From: Auanema rhodensis
Lineage: Eukaryota > Animalia > Nematoda
Assembly (NCBI GenBank): GCA_964057225.1
Contig: OZ059896.1
Location: forward strand, 992,001 to 1,056,000
Direction: 5' to 3'
DNA: 64,000 nt
Under the pieces are notes generated by a model that had not been told where the DNA came from, searched no databases, and saw only the letters and a program-made list of their open reading frames with translations. Positions within the stretch are counted from its first letter, which is position 1. Every line of letters begins with the position of its first letter. Shown here piece after piece: positions 39,658 through 54,600 of this stretch. Both the position numbers and the translations under genes were made by a program.

Positions 39658-42600
39658 ATCAACTGATATCAATTCACACTTATATCCTCGATTTTCACCC
39701 TGAAGAATTAATTTTTTCGTTGAATAACATTGTCCATCGTTTTTGCCTTGAAAAAAGGAATCTAAAAACATTTACTTTTTGCTAAATTATTTTGAAATTT
39801 TTCGAAAAAATTTTTGTCAAAATGTTTTTCGAAGCAATTTTGAGTGTACATGGAAACTCAACATACACTAATGCATCATTTTTCAAACGATCATAACTAA
39901 TTTTTGTATTAAGCTTTTCTTAATGTAGTATAGTGCATTCGATGCGGATTTTTAAGCTGCGTCGATCTGTACTATCAGATTTGCGCTAGCTTGAAAATGC
40001 ACCGAGATATCAACTGATATAAATTCACACTTATATCCTCGATTTTCACCCTGAAGAATTAATTTTTTCGTTGAATAACATTGTCCATCGTTTTTTCCTT
40101 GAAAAAAGGAATCTAAAAACATTTACTTTTCGCTAAATTATTTTGAAATTTTTCGAAAAAATTTTTGTCAAAATGTTTTTGGAAGCAATGTTGAGTGTAC
40201 ATGGAAACTCAACATACACTAATGCATCATTTTTCAAACGATCATAAAAATTTTTGTATTAAGCTTTTCTTAATGTAGTATAGTGCATTCGATGCGGATT
40301 TTTAAGCTGCGTCGATCTGTGTTATCAAATTTCCGCTAGCTTAAAAATGCACCGAGATATCAACTGATATAAGTTCACACTTATATCCTCGATTTTCACC
40401 CTGAAGAATTAATTTTTTCGTTGAATAACATTGTCCATCGTTTTTGCCTCGAAAAAAGGAATCTAAAAACATCTACTTTTCGCTAAATTATTTTGAAATT
40501 TTTCGAAAAAATTTTTGTCAAAATGTTTTTGGAAGCAATTTTGAGTGTACATGGAAACTCAACATACACTAATGCATCATTTTTCAAACGATCATAACTA
40601 ATTTTTGTATTAAGCTTTTCTTAATGTAGTATAGTGCATTCGATGCGGATTTTTAAGCTGCGTCGATCTGTACTATCAGATTTGCGCTAGCTTGAAAATG
40701 CACCGAGATATCAACTGATATAAGTTCACACTTATATCCTCGATTTTCACCCTGAAGAATTAATTTTTTCGTTGAATAACATTGTCCATCGTTTTTGCCT
40801 TGAAAAAAGAAATCTAAAAACATCTACTTTTTGCTAAATTATTTTGAAATTTTTCGAAAAAATTTTTGTCAAAATGTTTTTGGAAGCAATTTTGAGTGTA
40901 CATGGAAACTCAACATACACTAATGCATCATTTTTCAAACGATCATAACTAATTTTTGTATTAAGCGTTTCTCAATGTAGTATAATGCATTCGATGCGGA
41001 TTTTTAAGCTGCGTCGATCTGTACTATCAGATTTGCGCTAGCTTGAAAATGCACCGAGATATCAACTGATATAAGTTCACACTTATATCCTCGATTTTCA
41101 CCCTGAAGAATTAATTTTTTCGTTGAATAACATTGTCCATCGTTTTTGCCTTGAAAGAAGGAATCTAAAAACATCTACTTTTCGCTAAATTATTTTGAAA
41201 TTTTTCGAAAAAATTTTTGTCAAAATGTTTTTGGAAGCAATTTTGAGTGTACATGGAAACTCAACATACACTAATGCATCATTTTTCAAACGATCATAAC
41301 TAATTTTTGTATTAAGCGTTTCTCAATGTAGTATAGTGCATTCGATGCGGATTTTTAAGCTGCGTCGATCTGTATTATCAGATTTGCGCTAGCTTGAAAA
41401 TGCACCGAGATATCAACTGATATAAGTTCACACTTATATCCTCGATTTTCACCCTGAAGAATTAATTTTTTCGTTGAATAACATTGTCCATCGTTTTTGC
41501 CTTGAAAGAAGGAATCTAAAAACATCTACTTTTCGCTAAATTATTTTGAAATTTTTCGAAAAAATTTTTGTCAAAATGTTTTTGGAAGCAATTTTGAGTG
41601 TACATGGAAACTCAACATACACTAATGCATCATTTTTCAAACGATCATAACTAATTTTTGTATTAAGCGTTTTTCAATGTAGTATAGTGCATTCGATGCG
41701 GATTTTTAAGCTGCGTCGATCAGTACTATCAGATTTGCGCTAGCTTAAAAATGCACCGAGATATCAACTGATATAAGTTCACACTTATATCCTCGATTTT
41801 CACCCTGAAGAATTAATTTTTTCGTTGAATAACATTGTCCATCGTTTTTGCCTTGAAAAAAGGAATCTAAAAACATCTACTTTTTGCTAAATTATTTTGA
41901 AATTTTTCGAAAAAATTTTTGTCAAAATGTTTTTGGAAGCAATTTTGAGTGTACATGGAAACTCAACATACACTAATGCATCATTTTTCAAACGATCATA
42001 ACTAATTTTTGTATTAAGCGTTTCTCAATGTAGTATAGTGCATTCGATGCGGATTTTTAAGCTGCGTCGATCTGTATGATCAGATTTGCGCTAGCTTGAA
42101 AATGCACCGAGATATCAACTGATATAAGTTCACACTTATATCCTCGATTTTCACCCTGAAGAATTATTTTTTCGTTGAATAACATTGTCCATCGTTTTTG
42201 CCTCGAAAAAAGGAATCTAAAAACATCTACTTTTTGCTAAATTATTTTGAAATTTTTCGAAAAAATTTTTGTCAAAATGTTTTTGGAAGCAATTTTGAGT
42301 GTACATGGAAACTCGACATACACTAATGCATCATTTTTCAAACGATCATAACTAATTTTGGTATTAAGCGTTTCTCAATGTAATATAGTGCATTCGATGC
42401 GGATTTTTAAGCTGCGTCGATCTGTGTTATCAGATTTGCGCTAGCTGAAAAATGCACCGAGATATCAACTGATATAAGTTCACACTTATATCCTCGATTT
42501 TCACCCTGAAGAATTATTTTTTCGTTGAATAACATTGTCCATCGTTTTTGCCTCGAAAAAAGGAATCTAAAAACATCTACTTTTTGCTAAATTATTTTGA

Positions 42601-45600
42601 AATTTTTCGAAAAAATTTTTGTCAAAATGTTTTTGGAAGCAATTTTGAGTGTACATGGAAACTCGACATACACTAATGCATCATTTTTCAAACGATCATA
42701 ACTAATTTTGGTATTAAGCGTTTCTCAATGTAATATAGTGCATTCGATGCGGATTTTTAAGCTGCGTCGATCTGTGTTATCAGATTTGCGCTAGCTGAAA
42801 AATGCACCGAGATATCAACTGATATAAGTTCACACCTATATCCTCGATTTTCACCCTGAAGAATTAATTTTTTCGTTGAATAACATTGTCCATTGTTTTT
42901 GCCTTGAAAAAAGGAATCTAAAAACATCTACTTTTCGCTAAATTATTTTGAAATTTTTTGAAAAAATTTTTGTCAAAATGTTTTTGGAAGCAATTTTGAG
43001 TGTACATGGAAACTCAACATACACTATTGCATCATTTTTCAAACGATCATAACTAATTTTTGTATTAAGCTTTTCTTAATGTAGTATAGTGCATTCGATG
43101 CGGATTTTTAAGCTGCGTCGATCTGTACTATCAGATTTGCGCTAGCTTGAAAATGCACCGAGTTATCAACTGATATAAGTTCACACCTATATCCTCGATT
43201 TTCACCCTGAAGAATTAATTTTTTCGTTGAATAACATTGTCCATCGTTTTTGCCTTGAAAAAAGGAATCTAAAAACATCTACTTTCCGCTAAATTATTTT
43301 GAAATTTTTTGAAAAAATTTTTGTCAAAATGTTTTTGGAAGCAATTTTGAGTGTACATGGAAACTCAACATACACTAATGCATCATTTTTCAAACGATCA
43401 TAACTAATTTTTGTATTAAGCGTTTCTCAATGTAGTATAATGCATTCGATGCGGATTTTTAAGCTGCGTCGATCTGTACTATCAGATTTGCGCTAGCTTG
43501 AAAATGCACCGAGATATCAACTGATATAAGTTCACACTTATATCCTCGATTTTCACCCTGAAGAATTATTTTTTCGTTGAATAACATTGTCCATCGTTTT
43601 TGCCTCGAAAAAAGGAATCTAAAAACATCTACTTTTTGCTAAATTATTTTGAAATTTTTCGAAAAAATTTTTGTCAAAATGTTTTTGGAAGCAATTTTGA
43701 GTGTACATGGAAACTCAACATACACTAATGCATCATTTTTCAAACGATCATAACTAATTTTTGTATTGAGCGTTTCTCAATGTAGTATAGTGCATTTGAT
43801 GCGGATTAGTAAGCTGCGTCGATCTGTACTATCAGATTTGCGCTAGCTTGAAAATGCACCGAGATATCAACTGATATAAATTCACACTTATATCCTCGAT
43901 TTTCACCCTGAAGAATTAATTTTTTCGTTGAATAACATTGTCCATCGTTTTTGCCTTGAAAAAAGGAATCTAAAAACATTTACTTTTTGCTAAATTATTT
44001 TGAAATTTTTCGAAAAAATTTTTGTCAAAATGTTTTTCGAAGCAATTTTGAGTGTACATGGAAACTCAACATACATTAATGCATCATTTTTCAAACGATC
44101 ATAACTAATTTTTGTATTAAGCTTTTCTTAATGTAGTATAGTGCATTCGATGCGGATTTTTAAGCTGCGTCGATCTGTACTATCAGATTTGCGCTAGCTT
44201 GAAAATGCACCGAGATATCAACTGATATAAATTCACACTTATATCCTCGATTTTCACCCTGAAGAATTAATTTTTTCGTTGAATAACATTGTCCATCGTT
44301 TTTTCCTTGAAAAAAGGAATCTAAAAACATTTACTTTTCGCTAAATTATTTTGAAATTTTTCGAAAAAATTTTTGTCAAAATGTTTTTGGAAGCAATGTT
44401 GAGTGTACATGGAAACTCAACATACACTAATGCATCATTTTTCAAACGATCATAACTAATTTTTGTATTAAGCTTTTCTTAATGTAGTATAGTGCATTCG
44501 ATGCGGATTTTTAAGCTGCGTCGATCTGTGTTATCAAATTTCCGCTAGCTTAAAAATGCACCGAGATATCAACTGATATAAGTTCACACTTATATCCTCG
44601 ATTTTCACCCTGAAGAATTAATTTTTTCGTTGAATAACATTGTCCATCGTTTTTGCCTCGAAAAAAGGAATCTAAAAACATCTACTTTTCGCTAAATTAT
44701 TTTGAAATTTTTCGAAAAAATTTTTGTCAAAATGTTTTTGGAAGCAATTTTGAGTGTACATGGAAACTCAACATACACTAATGCATCATTTTTCAAACGA
44801 TCATAACTAATTTTTGTATTAAGCGTTTCTCAATGTAGTATAGTGCATTCGATGCGGATTTTTAAGCTGCGTCGATCAGTACTATCAGATTTGCGCTAGC
44901 TTAAAAATGCACCGAGATATCAACTGATATAAGTTCACACTTATATCCTCGATTTTCACCCTGAAGAATTAATTTTTTCGTTGAATAACATTGTCCATCG
45001 TTTTTGCCTTGAAAAAAGGAATCTAAAAACATCTACTTTTTGCTAAATTATTTTGAAATTTTTCGAAAAAATTTTTGTCAAAATGTTTTTGGAAGCAATT
45101 TTGAGTGTACATGGAAACTTAACATACACTAATGCATCATTTTTCAAACGATCATAACTTATTTTTGTATTAAGCGTTTCTCAATGTAGTATAGTGCATT
45201 CGATGCGGATTTTTAAGCTGCGTCGATCTGTATTATCAGATTTGCGCTAGCTTGAAAATGCACCGAGATATCAACTGATTTAAGTTCACACTTATATCCT
45301 CGATTTTCACCCTGAAGAATTATTTTTTCGTTGAATAACATTGTCCATCGTTTTTGCCTCGAAAAAAGGAATCTAAAAACATCTACTTTTTGCTAAATTA
45401 TTTTGAAATTTTTCGAAAAAATTTTTGTCAAAATGTTTTTGGAAGCAATTTTGAGTGTACATGGAAACTCGACATACACTAATGCATCATTTTTCAAACG
45501 ATCATAACTAATTTTGGTATTAAGCGTTTCTCAATGTAATATAGTGCATTCGATGCGGATTTTTAAGCTGCGTCGATCTGTGTTATCAGATTTGCGCTAG

Positions 45601-48600
45601 CTGAAAAATGCACCGAGATATCAACTGATATAAGTTCACACCTATATCCTCGATTTTCACCCTGAAGAATTAATTTTTTCGTTGAATAACATTGTCCATC
45701 GTTTTTGCCTTGAAAAAAGGAATCTAAAAACATCTACTTTTCGCTAAATTATTTTGAAATTTTTTGAAAAAATTTTTGTCAAAATGTTTTTGGAAGCAAT
45801 TTTGAGTGTACATGGAAACTCAACATACACTATTGCATCATTTTTCAAACGATCATGACTAATTTTTGTATTAAGCTTTTCTTAATGTAGTATAGTGCAT
45901 TCGATGCGGATTTTTAAGCTGCGTCGATCTGTACTATCAGATTTGCGCTAGCTTGAAAATGCACCGAGATATCAACTGATATCAATTCACACTTATATCC
46001 TCGATTTTCACCCTGAAGAATTAATTTTTTCGTTGAATAACATTGTCCATCGTTTTTGCCTTGAAAAAAGGAATCTAAAAACATTTACTTTTTGCTAAAT
46101 TATTTTGAAATTTTTCGAAAAAATTTTTGTCAAAATGTTTTTGGAAGCAATTTTGAGTGTACATGGAAACTCAACATACACTATTGCATCATTTTTCAAA
46201 CGATCATAACTAATTTTTGTATTAAGCTTTTCTTAATGTAGTATAGTGCATTCGATGCGGATTTTTAAGCTGCGTCGATCTGTACTATCAGATTTGCGCT
46301 AGCTTGAAAATGCACCGAGATATCAACTGATATCAATTCACACTTATATCCTCGATTTTCACCCTGAAGAATTAATTTTTTCGTTGAATAACATTGTCCA
46401 TCGTTTTTGCCTTGAAAAAAGGAATCTAAAAACATTTACTTTTTGCTAAATTATTTTGAAATTTTTCGAAAAAATTTTTGTCAAAATGTTTTTCGAAGCA
46501 ATTTTGAGTGTACATGGAAACTCAACATACACTAATGCATCATTTTTCAAACGATCATAACTAATTTTTGTATTAAGCTTTTCTTAATGTAGTATAGTGC
46601 ATTCGATGCGGATTTTTAAGCTGCGTCGATCTGTACTATCAGATTTGCGCTAGCTTGAAAATGCACCGAGATATCAACTGATATAAATTCACACTTATAT
46701 CCTCGATTTTCACCCTGAAGAATTAATTTTTTCGTTGAATAACATTGTCCATCGTTTTTTCCTTGAAAAAAGGAATCTGAAAACATTTACTTTTCGCTAA
46801 ATTATTTTGAAATTTTTCGAAAAAATTTTTGTCAAAATGTTTTTGGAAGCAATGTTGAGTGTACATGGAAACTCAACATACACTAATGCATCATTTTTCA
46901 AACGATCATAAAAATTTTTGTATTAAGCTTTTCTTAATGTAGTATAGTGCATTCGATGCGGATTTTTAAGCTGCGTCGATCTGTGTTATCAAATTTCCGC
47001 TAGCTTAAAAATGCACCGAGATATCAACTGATATAAGTTCACACTTATATCCTCGATTTTCACCCTGAAGAATTAATTTTTTCGTTGAATAACATTGTCC
47101 ATCGTTTTTGCCTCGAAAAAAGGAATCTAAAAACATCTACTTTTCGCTAAATTATTTTGAAATTTTTCGAAAAAATTTTTGTCAAAATGTTTTTGGAAGC
47201 AATTTTGAGTGTACATGGAAACTCAACATACACTAATGCATCATTTTTCAAACGATCATAACTAATTTTTGTATTAAGCGTTTCTCCATGTAGTATAGTG
47301 CATTCGATGCGGATTTTTAAGCTGCGTCGATCTGTACTATCAGATTTGCGCTAGCTTGAAAATGCACCGAGATATCAACTGATATAAATTCACACTTATA
47401 TCCTCGATTTTCACCCTGAAGAATTAATTTTTTCGTTGAATAACATTGTCCATCGTTTTTTCCTTGAAAAAAGGAATCTAAAAACATTTACTTTTCGCTA
47501 AATTATTTTGAAATTTTTCGAAAAAATTTTTGTCAAAATGTTTTTGGAAGCAATGTTGAGTGTACATGGAAACTCAACATACACTAATGCATCATTTTTC
47601 AAACGATCATAAAAATTTTTGTATTAAGCTTTTCTTAATGTAGTATAGTGCATTCGATGCGGATTTTTAAGCTGCGTCGATCTGTGTTATCAAATTTCCG
47701 CTAGCTTAAAAATGCACCGAGATATCAACTGATATAAGTTCACACTTATATCCTCGATTTTCACCCTGAAGAATTAATTTTTTCGTTGAATAACATTGTC
47801 CATCGTTTTTGCCTCGAAAAAAGGAATCTAAAAACATCTACTTTTCGCTAAATTATTTTGAAATTTTTCGAAAAAATTTTTGTCAAAATGTTTTTGGAAG
47901 CAATTTTGAGTGTACATGGAAACTCAACATACACTAATGCATCATTTTTCAAACGATCATAACTAATTTTTGTATTAAGCGTTTCTCAATGTAGTATAGT
48001 GCATTCGATGCGGATTTTTAAGCTGCGTCGATCAGTACTTTCAGATTTGCGCTAGCTTAAAAATGCACCGAGATATCAACTGATATAAGTTCACACTTAT
48101 ATCCTCGATTTTCACCCTGAAGAATTAATTTTTTCGTTGAATAACATTGTCCATCGTTTTTGCCTTGAAAAAAGGAATCTAAAAACATCTACTTTTTGCT
48201 AAATTATTTTGAAATTTTTCGAAAAAATTTTTGTCAAAATGTTTTTGGAAGCAATTTTGAGTGTACATGGAAACTCAACATACACTAATGCATCATTTTT
48301 CAAACGATCATAACTTATTTTTGTATTAAGCGTTTCTCAATGTAGTATAATGCATTCGATGCGGATTTTTAAGCTGCGTCGATCTGTATTATCAGATTTG
48401 CGCTAGCTTGAAAATGCACCGAGATATCAACTGATATAAGTTCACACTTATATCCTCGATTTTCACCCTGAAGAATTAATTTTTTCGTTGAATAACATTG
48501 TCCATCGTTTTTGCCTTGAAAGAAGGAATCTAAAAACATCTACTTTTCGCTAAATTATTTTGAAATTTTTCGAAAAAATTTTTGTCAAAATGTTTTTGGA

Positions 48601-51600
48601 AGCAATTTTGAGTGTACATGGAAACTCAACATACACTAATGCATCATTTTTCAAACGATCATAACTAATTTTTGTATTAAGCGTTTTTCAATGTAGTATA
48701 GTGCATTCGATGCGGATTTTTAAGCTGCGTCGATCAGTACTATCAGATTTGCGCTAGCTTAAAAATGCACCGAGATATCAACTGATATAAGTTCACACTT
48801 ATATCCTCGATTTTCACCCTGAAGAATTAATTTTTTCGTTGAATAACATTGTCCATCGTTTTTGCCTTGAAAGAAGGAATCTAAAAACATCTACTTTTCG
48901 CTAAATTATTTTGAAATTTTTCGAAAAAATTTTTGTCAAAATGTTTTTGGAAGCAATTTTGAGTGTACATGGAAACTCAACATACACTAATGCATCATTT
49001 TTCAAACGATCATGACTAATTTTTGTATTAAGCGTTTTTCAATGTAGTATAGTGCATTCGATGCGGATTTTTAAGCTGCGTCGATCAGTACTATCAGATT
49101 TGCGCTAGCTTAAAAATGCACCGAGATATCAACTGATATAAGTTCACACTTATATCCTCGATTTTCACCCTGAAGAATTAATTTTTTCGTTGAATAACAT
49201 TGTCCATCGTTTTTGCCTTGAAAAAAGGAATCTAAAAACATCTACTTTTTGCTAAATTATTTTGAAATTTTTCGAAAAAATTTTTGTCAAAATGTTTTTG
49301 GAAGCAATTTTGAGTGTACATGGAAACTCAACATACACTAATGCATCATTTTTCAAACGATCATAACTTATTTTTGTATTAAGCGTTTCTCAATGTAGTA
49401 TAGTGCATTCGATGCGGATTTTTAAGCTGCGTCGATCTGTATTATCAGATTTGCGCTAGCTTGAAAATGCACCGAGATATCAACTGATATAAGTTCACAC
49501 TTATATCCTCGATTTTCACCCTGAAGAATTATTTTTTCGTTGAATAACATTGTCCATCGTTTTTGCCTCGAAAAAAGGAATCTAAAAACATCTACTTTTT
49601 GCTAAATTATTTTGAAATTTTTCGAAAAAATTTTTGTCAAAATGTTTTTGGAAGCAATTTTGAGTGTACATGGAAACTCGACATACACTAATGCATCATT
49701 TTTCAAACGATCATAACTAATTTTGGTATTAAGCGTTTCTCAATGTAATATAGTGCATTCGATGCGGATTTTTAAGCTGCGTCGATCTGTGTTATCAGAT
49801 TTGCGCTAGCTGAAAAATGCACCGAGATATCAACTGATATAAGTTCACACCTATATCCTCGATTTTCACCCTGAAGAATTAATTTTTTCGTTGAATAACA
49901 TTGTCCATCGTTTTTGCCTTGAAAGAAGGAATCTAAAAACATCTACTTTTCGCTAAATTATTTTGAAATTTTTCGAAAAAATTTTTGTCAAAATGTTTTT
50001 GGAAGCAATTTTGAGTGTACATGGAAACTCAACATACACTAATGCATCATTTTTCAAACGATCATAACTAATTTTTGTATTAAGCGTTTTTCAATGTAGT
50101 ATAGTGCATTCGATGCGGATTTTTAAGCTGCGTCGATCAGTACTATCAGATTTGCGCTAGCTTAAAAATGCACCGAGATATCAACTGATATAAGTTCACA
50201 CTTATATCCTCGATTTTCACCCTGAAGAATTAATTTTTTCGTTGAATAACATTGTCCATCGTTTTTGCCTTGAAAAAAGGAATCTAAAAACATCTACTTT
50301 TTGCTAAATTATTTTGAAATTTTTCGAAAAAATTTTTGTCAAAATGTTTTTGGAAGCAATTTTGAGTGTACATGGAAACTCAACATACACTAATGCATCA
50401 TTTTTCAAACGATCATAACTTATTTTTGTATTAAGCGTTTCTCAATGTAGTATAGTGCATTCGATGCGGATTTTTAAGCTGCGTCGATCTGTATTATCAG
50501 ATTTGCGCTAGCTTGAAAATGCACCGAGATATCAACTGATATAAGTTCACACTTATATCCTCGATTTTCACCCTGAAGAATTATTTTTTCGTTGAATAAC
50601 ATTGTCCATCGTTTTTGCCTCAAAAAAAGGAATCTAAAAACATCTACTTTTTGCTAAATTATTTTGAAATTTTTCGAAAAAATTTTTGTCAAAATGTTTT
50701 TGGAAGCAATTTTGAGTGTACATGGAAACTCGACATACACTAATGCATCATTTTTCAAACGATCATAACTAATTTTGGTATTAAGCGTTTCTCAATGTAA
50801 TATAGTGCATTCGATGCGGATTTTTAAGCTGCGTCGATCTGTGTTATCAGATTTGCGCTAGCTGAAAAATGCACCGAGATATCAACTGATATAAGTTCAC
50901 ACCTATATCCTCGATTTTCACCCTGAAGAATTAATTTTTTCGTTGAATAACATTGTCCATCGTTTTTGCCTTGAAAAAAGGAATCTAAAAACATCTACTT
51001 TTCGCTAAATTATTTTGAAATTTTTTGAAAAAATTTTTGTCAAAATGTTTTTGGAAGCAATTTTGAGTGTACATGGAAACTCAACATACACTATTGCATC
51101 ATTTTTCAAACGATCATAACTAATTTTTGTATTAAGCTTTTCTTAATGTAGTATAGTGCATTCGATGCGGATTTTTAAGCTGCGTCGATCTGTACTATCA
51201 GATTTGCGCTAGCTTGAAAATGCACCGAGTTATCAACTGATATAAATTCACACTTATATCCTCGATTTTCACCCTGAAGAATTAATTTTTTCGTTGAATA
51301 ACATTGTCCATCGTTTTTGCCTTGAAAAAAGGAATCTAAAAACATTTACTTTTTGCTAAATTATTTTGAAATTTTTCGAAAAAATTTTTGTCAAAATGTT
51401 TTTGGAAGCAATTTTGAGTGTACATGGAAACTCAACATACACTAATGCATCATTTTTCAAACGATCATAACTAATTTTTGTATTAAGTTTTTCACAATGT
51501 AGTATAGTGCATTCGATGCGGATTTTTAAGCTGCGTCGATCTGTACTATCAGATTTGCGCTAGCTTGAAAATGCACCGAGATATCAACTGATATAAGTTC

Positions 51601-54600
51601 ACACCTATATCCTCGATTTTCACCCTGAAGAATTAATTTTTTCGTTGAATAACATTGTCCATCGTTTTTGCCTTGAAAAAAGGAATCTAAAAACATCTAC
51701 TTTCCGCTAAATTATTTTGAAATTTTTTGAAAAAATTTTTGTCAAAATGTTTTTGGAAGCAATTTTGAGTGTACATGGAAACTCAACATACACTAATGCA
51801 TCATTTTTCAAACGATCATAACTAATTTTTGTATTAAGCGTTTCTCAATGTAGTATAATGCATTCGATGCGGATTTTTAAGCTGCGTCGATCTGTACTAT
51901 CAGATTTGCGCTAGCTTGAAAATGCACCGAGATATCAACTGATATAAGTTCACACTTATATCCTCGATTTTCACCCTGAAGAATTAATTTTTTCGTTGAA
52001 TAACATTGTCCATCGTTTTTGCCTTGAAAGAAGGAATCTAAAAACATCTACTTTTCGCTAAATTATTTTGAAATTTTTCGAAAAAATTTTTGTCAAAATG
52101 TTTTTGGAAGCAATTTTGAGTGTACATGGAAACTCAACATACACTAATGCATCATTTTTCAAACGATCATAACTAATTTTTGTATTAAGCTTTTCTTAAT
52201 GTAGTATAGTGCATCCAATGCGGATTTTTAAGCTGCGTCGATCTGTGTTATCAAATTTCCGCTAGCTTAAAAATGCACCGAGATATCAACTGATATAAGT
52301 TCACACCTATATCCTCGATTTTCACCCTGAAGAATTAATTTTTTCGTTGAATAACATTGTCCATCGTTTTTACCTCGAAAAAAGGAATCTAAAAACATCT
52401 ACTTTTCGCTAAATTATTTTGAAATTTTTTGAAAAAATTTTTGTCAAAATGTTTTTGGAAGCAATTTTGAGTGTACATGGAAACTCAACATACACTAATG
52501 CATCATTTTTCAAACGATCATAACTAATTTTTGTATTAAGCTTTTCTTAATGTAGTATAGTGCATCCAATGCGGATTTTTAAGCTGCGTCGATCTGTGTT
52601 ATCAAATTTCCGCTAGCTTAAAAATGCACCGAGATATCAACTGATATAAGTTCACACTTATATCCTCGATTTTCACCCTGAAGAATTAATTTTTTCGTTG
52701 AATAACATTGTCCATCGTTTTTGCCTCGAAAAAAGGAATCTAAAAACATCTACTTTTCGCTAAATTATTTTGAAATTTTTCGAAAAAATTTTTGTCAAAA
52801 TGTTTTTGGAAGCAATTTTGAGTGTACATGGAAACTCAACATACACTAATGCATCATTTTTCAAAAGATCATAACTAATTTTTGTATTAAGCGTTTCTCA
52901 ATGTAGTATAGTGCATTCGATGCGGATTATTAAGCTGCGTCGATCTGTACTATCAGATTTGCGCTAGCTTAAAAATGCACCGAGATATCAACTGATATAA
53001 GTTCACACCTATATCCTCGATTTTCACCCTGAAGAATTAATTTTTTCGTTGAATAACATTGTCCATCGTTTTTGCCTTGAAAAAAGGAATCTAAAAACAT
53101 CTACTTTTCGCTAAATTATTTTGAAATTTTTTGAAAAAATTTTTGTCAAAATGTTTTTGGAAGCAACTTTGAGTGTACATGGAAACTCAACATACACTAA
53201 TGCATCATTTTTCAAACAATCATAACTAATTTTTGTATTAAGCTTTTCTTAATGTAGTATAGTGCATCCAATGCGGATTTTTAAGCTGCGTCGATCTGTG
53301 TTATCAAATTTCCGCTAGCTTAAAAATGCACCGAGATATCAACTGATATAAGTTCACACTTATATCCTCAATTTTCACCCTGAAGAATTAATTTTTTCGT
53401 TGAATAACATTGTCCATCGTTTTTGCCTCGAAAAAAGGAATCTAAAAACATCTACTTTTCGCTAAATTATTTTGAAATTTTTCGAAAAAATTTTTGTCAA
53501 AATGTTTTTGGAAGCAATTTTGAGTGTACATGGAAACTCAACATACACTAATGCATCATTTTCCAAACGATCATAACTAATTTTTGTATTAAGCTTTTCA
53601 CAATGTAGTATAGTGCATTCAATGCGGATTTTTAAGCTGCGTCGATCTGTGTTATCAAATTTCCGCTAGCTTAAAAATGCACCGAGATATCAACTGATAT
53701 AAGTTTCACACTTATATACTCGATTTTCACCCTGAAGAATTAATTTTTTCGTTGAATAACATTGTCCATCGTTTTTGCCTCGAAAAAAGGAATCTAAAAA
53801 CATCTACTTTTCGCTAAATTATTTTGAAATTTTTCGAAAAAATTTTTGTCAAAATGTTTTTGGAAGCAATTTTGAGTGTACATGGAAACTCAACATACAC
53901 TAATGCATCATTTTTCAAACGATCATAACTAATTTTTGTATTGAGCGTTTCTCAATGTAGTATAGTGCATTCGATGCGGATTTTTAAGCTGCGTCGATCT
54001 GTACTATCAGATTTGCGCTAGCTTGAAAATGCACCGAGATATCAACTGATATAAGTTCACACTTATATCCTCGATTTTCACCCTGAAGAATTAATTTTTT
54101 CGTTGAATAACATTGTCCATCGTTTTTACCTCGAAAAAAGGAATCTAAAAACATCTACTTTTCGCTAAATTATTTTGAAATTTTTCGAAAAAATTTTTGT
54201 CAAAATGTTTTTGGAAGCAATTTTGAGTGTACATGGAAACTCAACATACACTAATGCATCATTTTTCAAACGATCATAACTTATTTTTGTATTAAGCGTT
54301 TCTCAATGTAGTATAGTGCATTCGATGCGGATTTTTAAGCTGCGTCGATCTGTACTATCAGATTTGCGCTAGCTTGAAAATGCACCGAGATATCAACTGA
54401 TATAAGTTCACACTTATATCCTCGATTTTCACCCTGAAGAATTAATTTTTTCGTTGAATAACATTGTCCATCGTTTTTACCTCGAAAAAAGGAATCTAAA
54501 AACATCTACTTTTCGCTAAATTATTTTGAAATTTTTCGAAAAAATTTTTGTCAAAATGTTTTTGGAAGCAATTTTGAGTGTACATGGAAACTCAACATAC

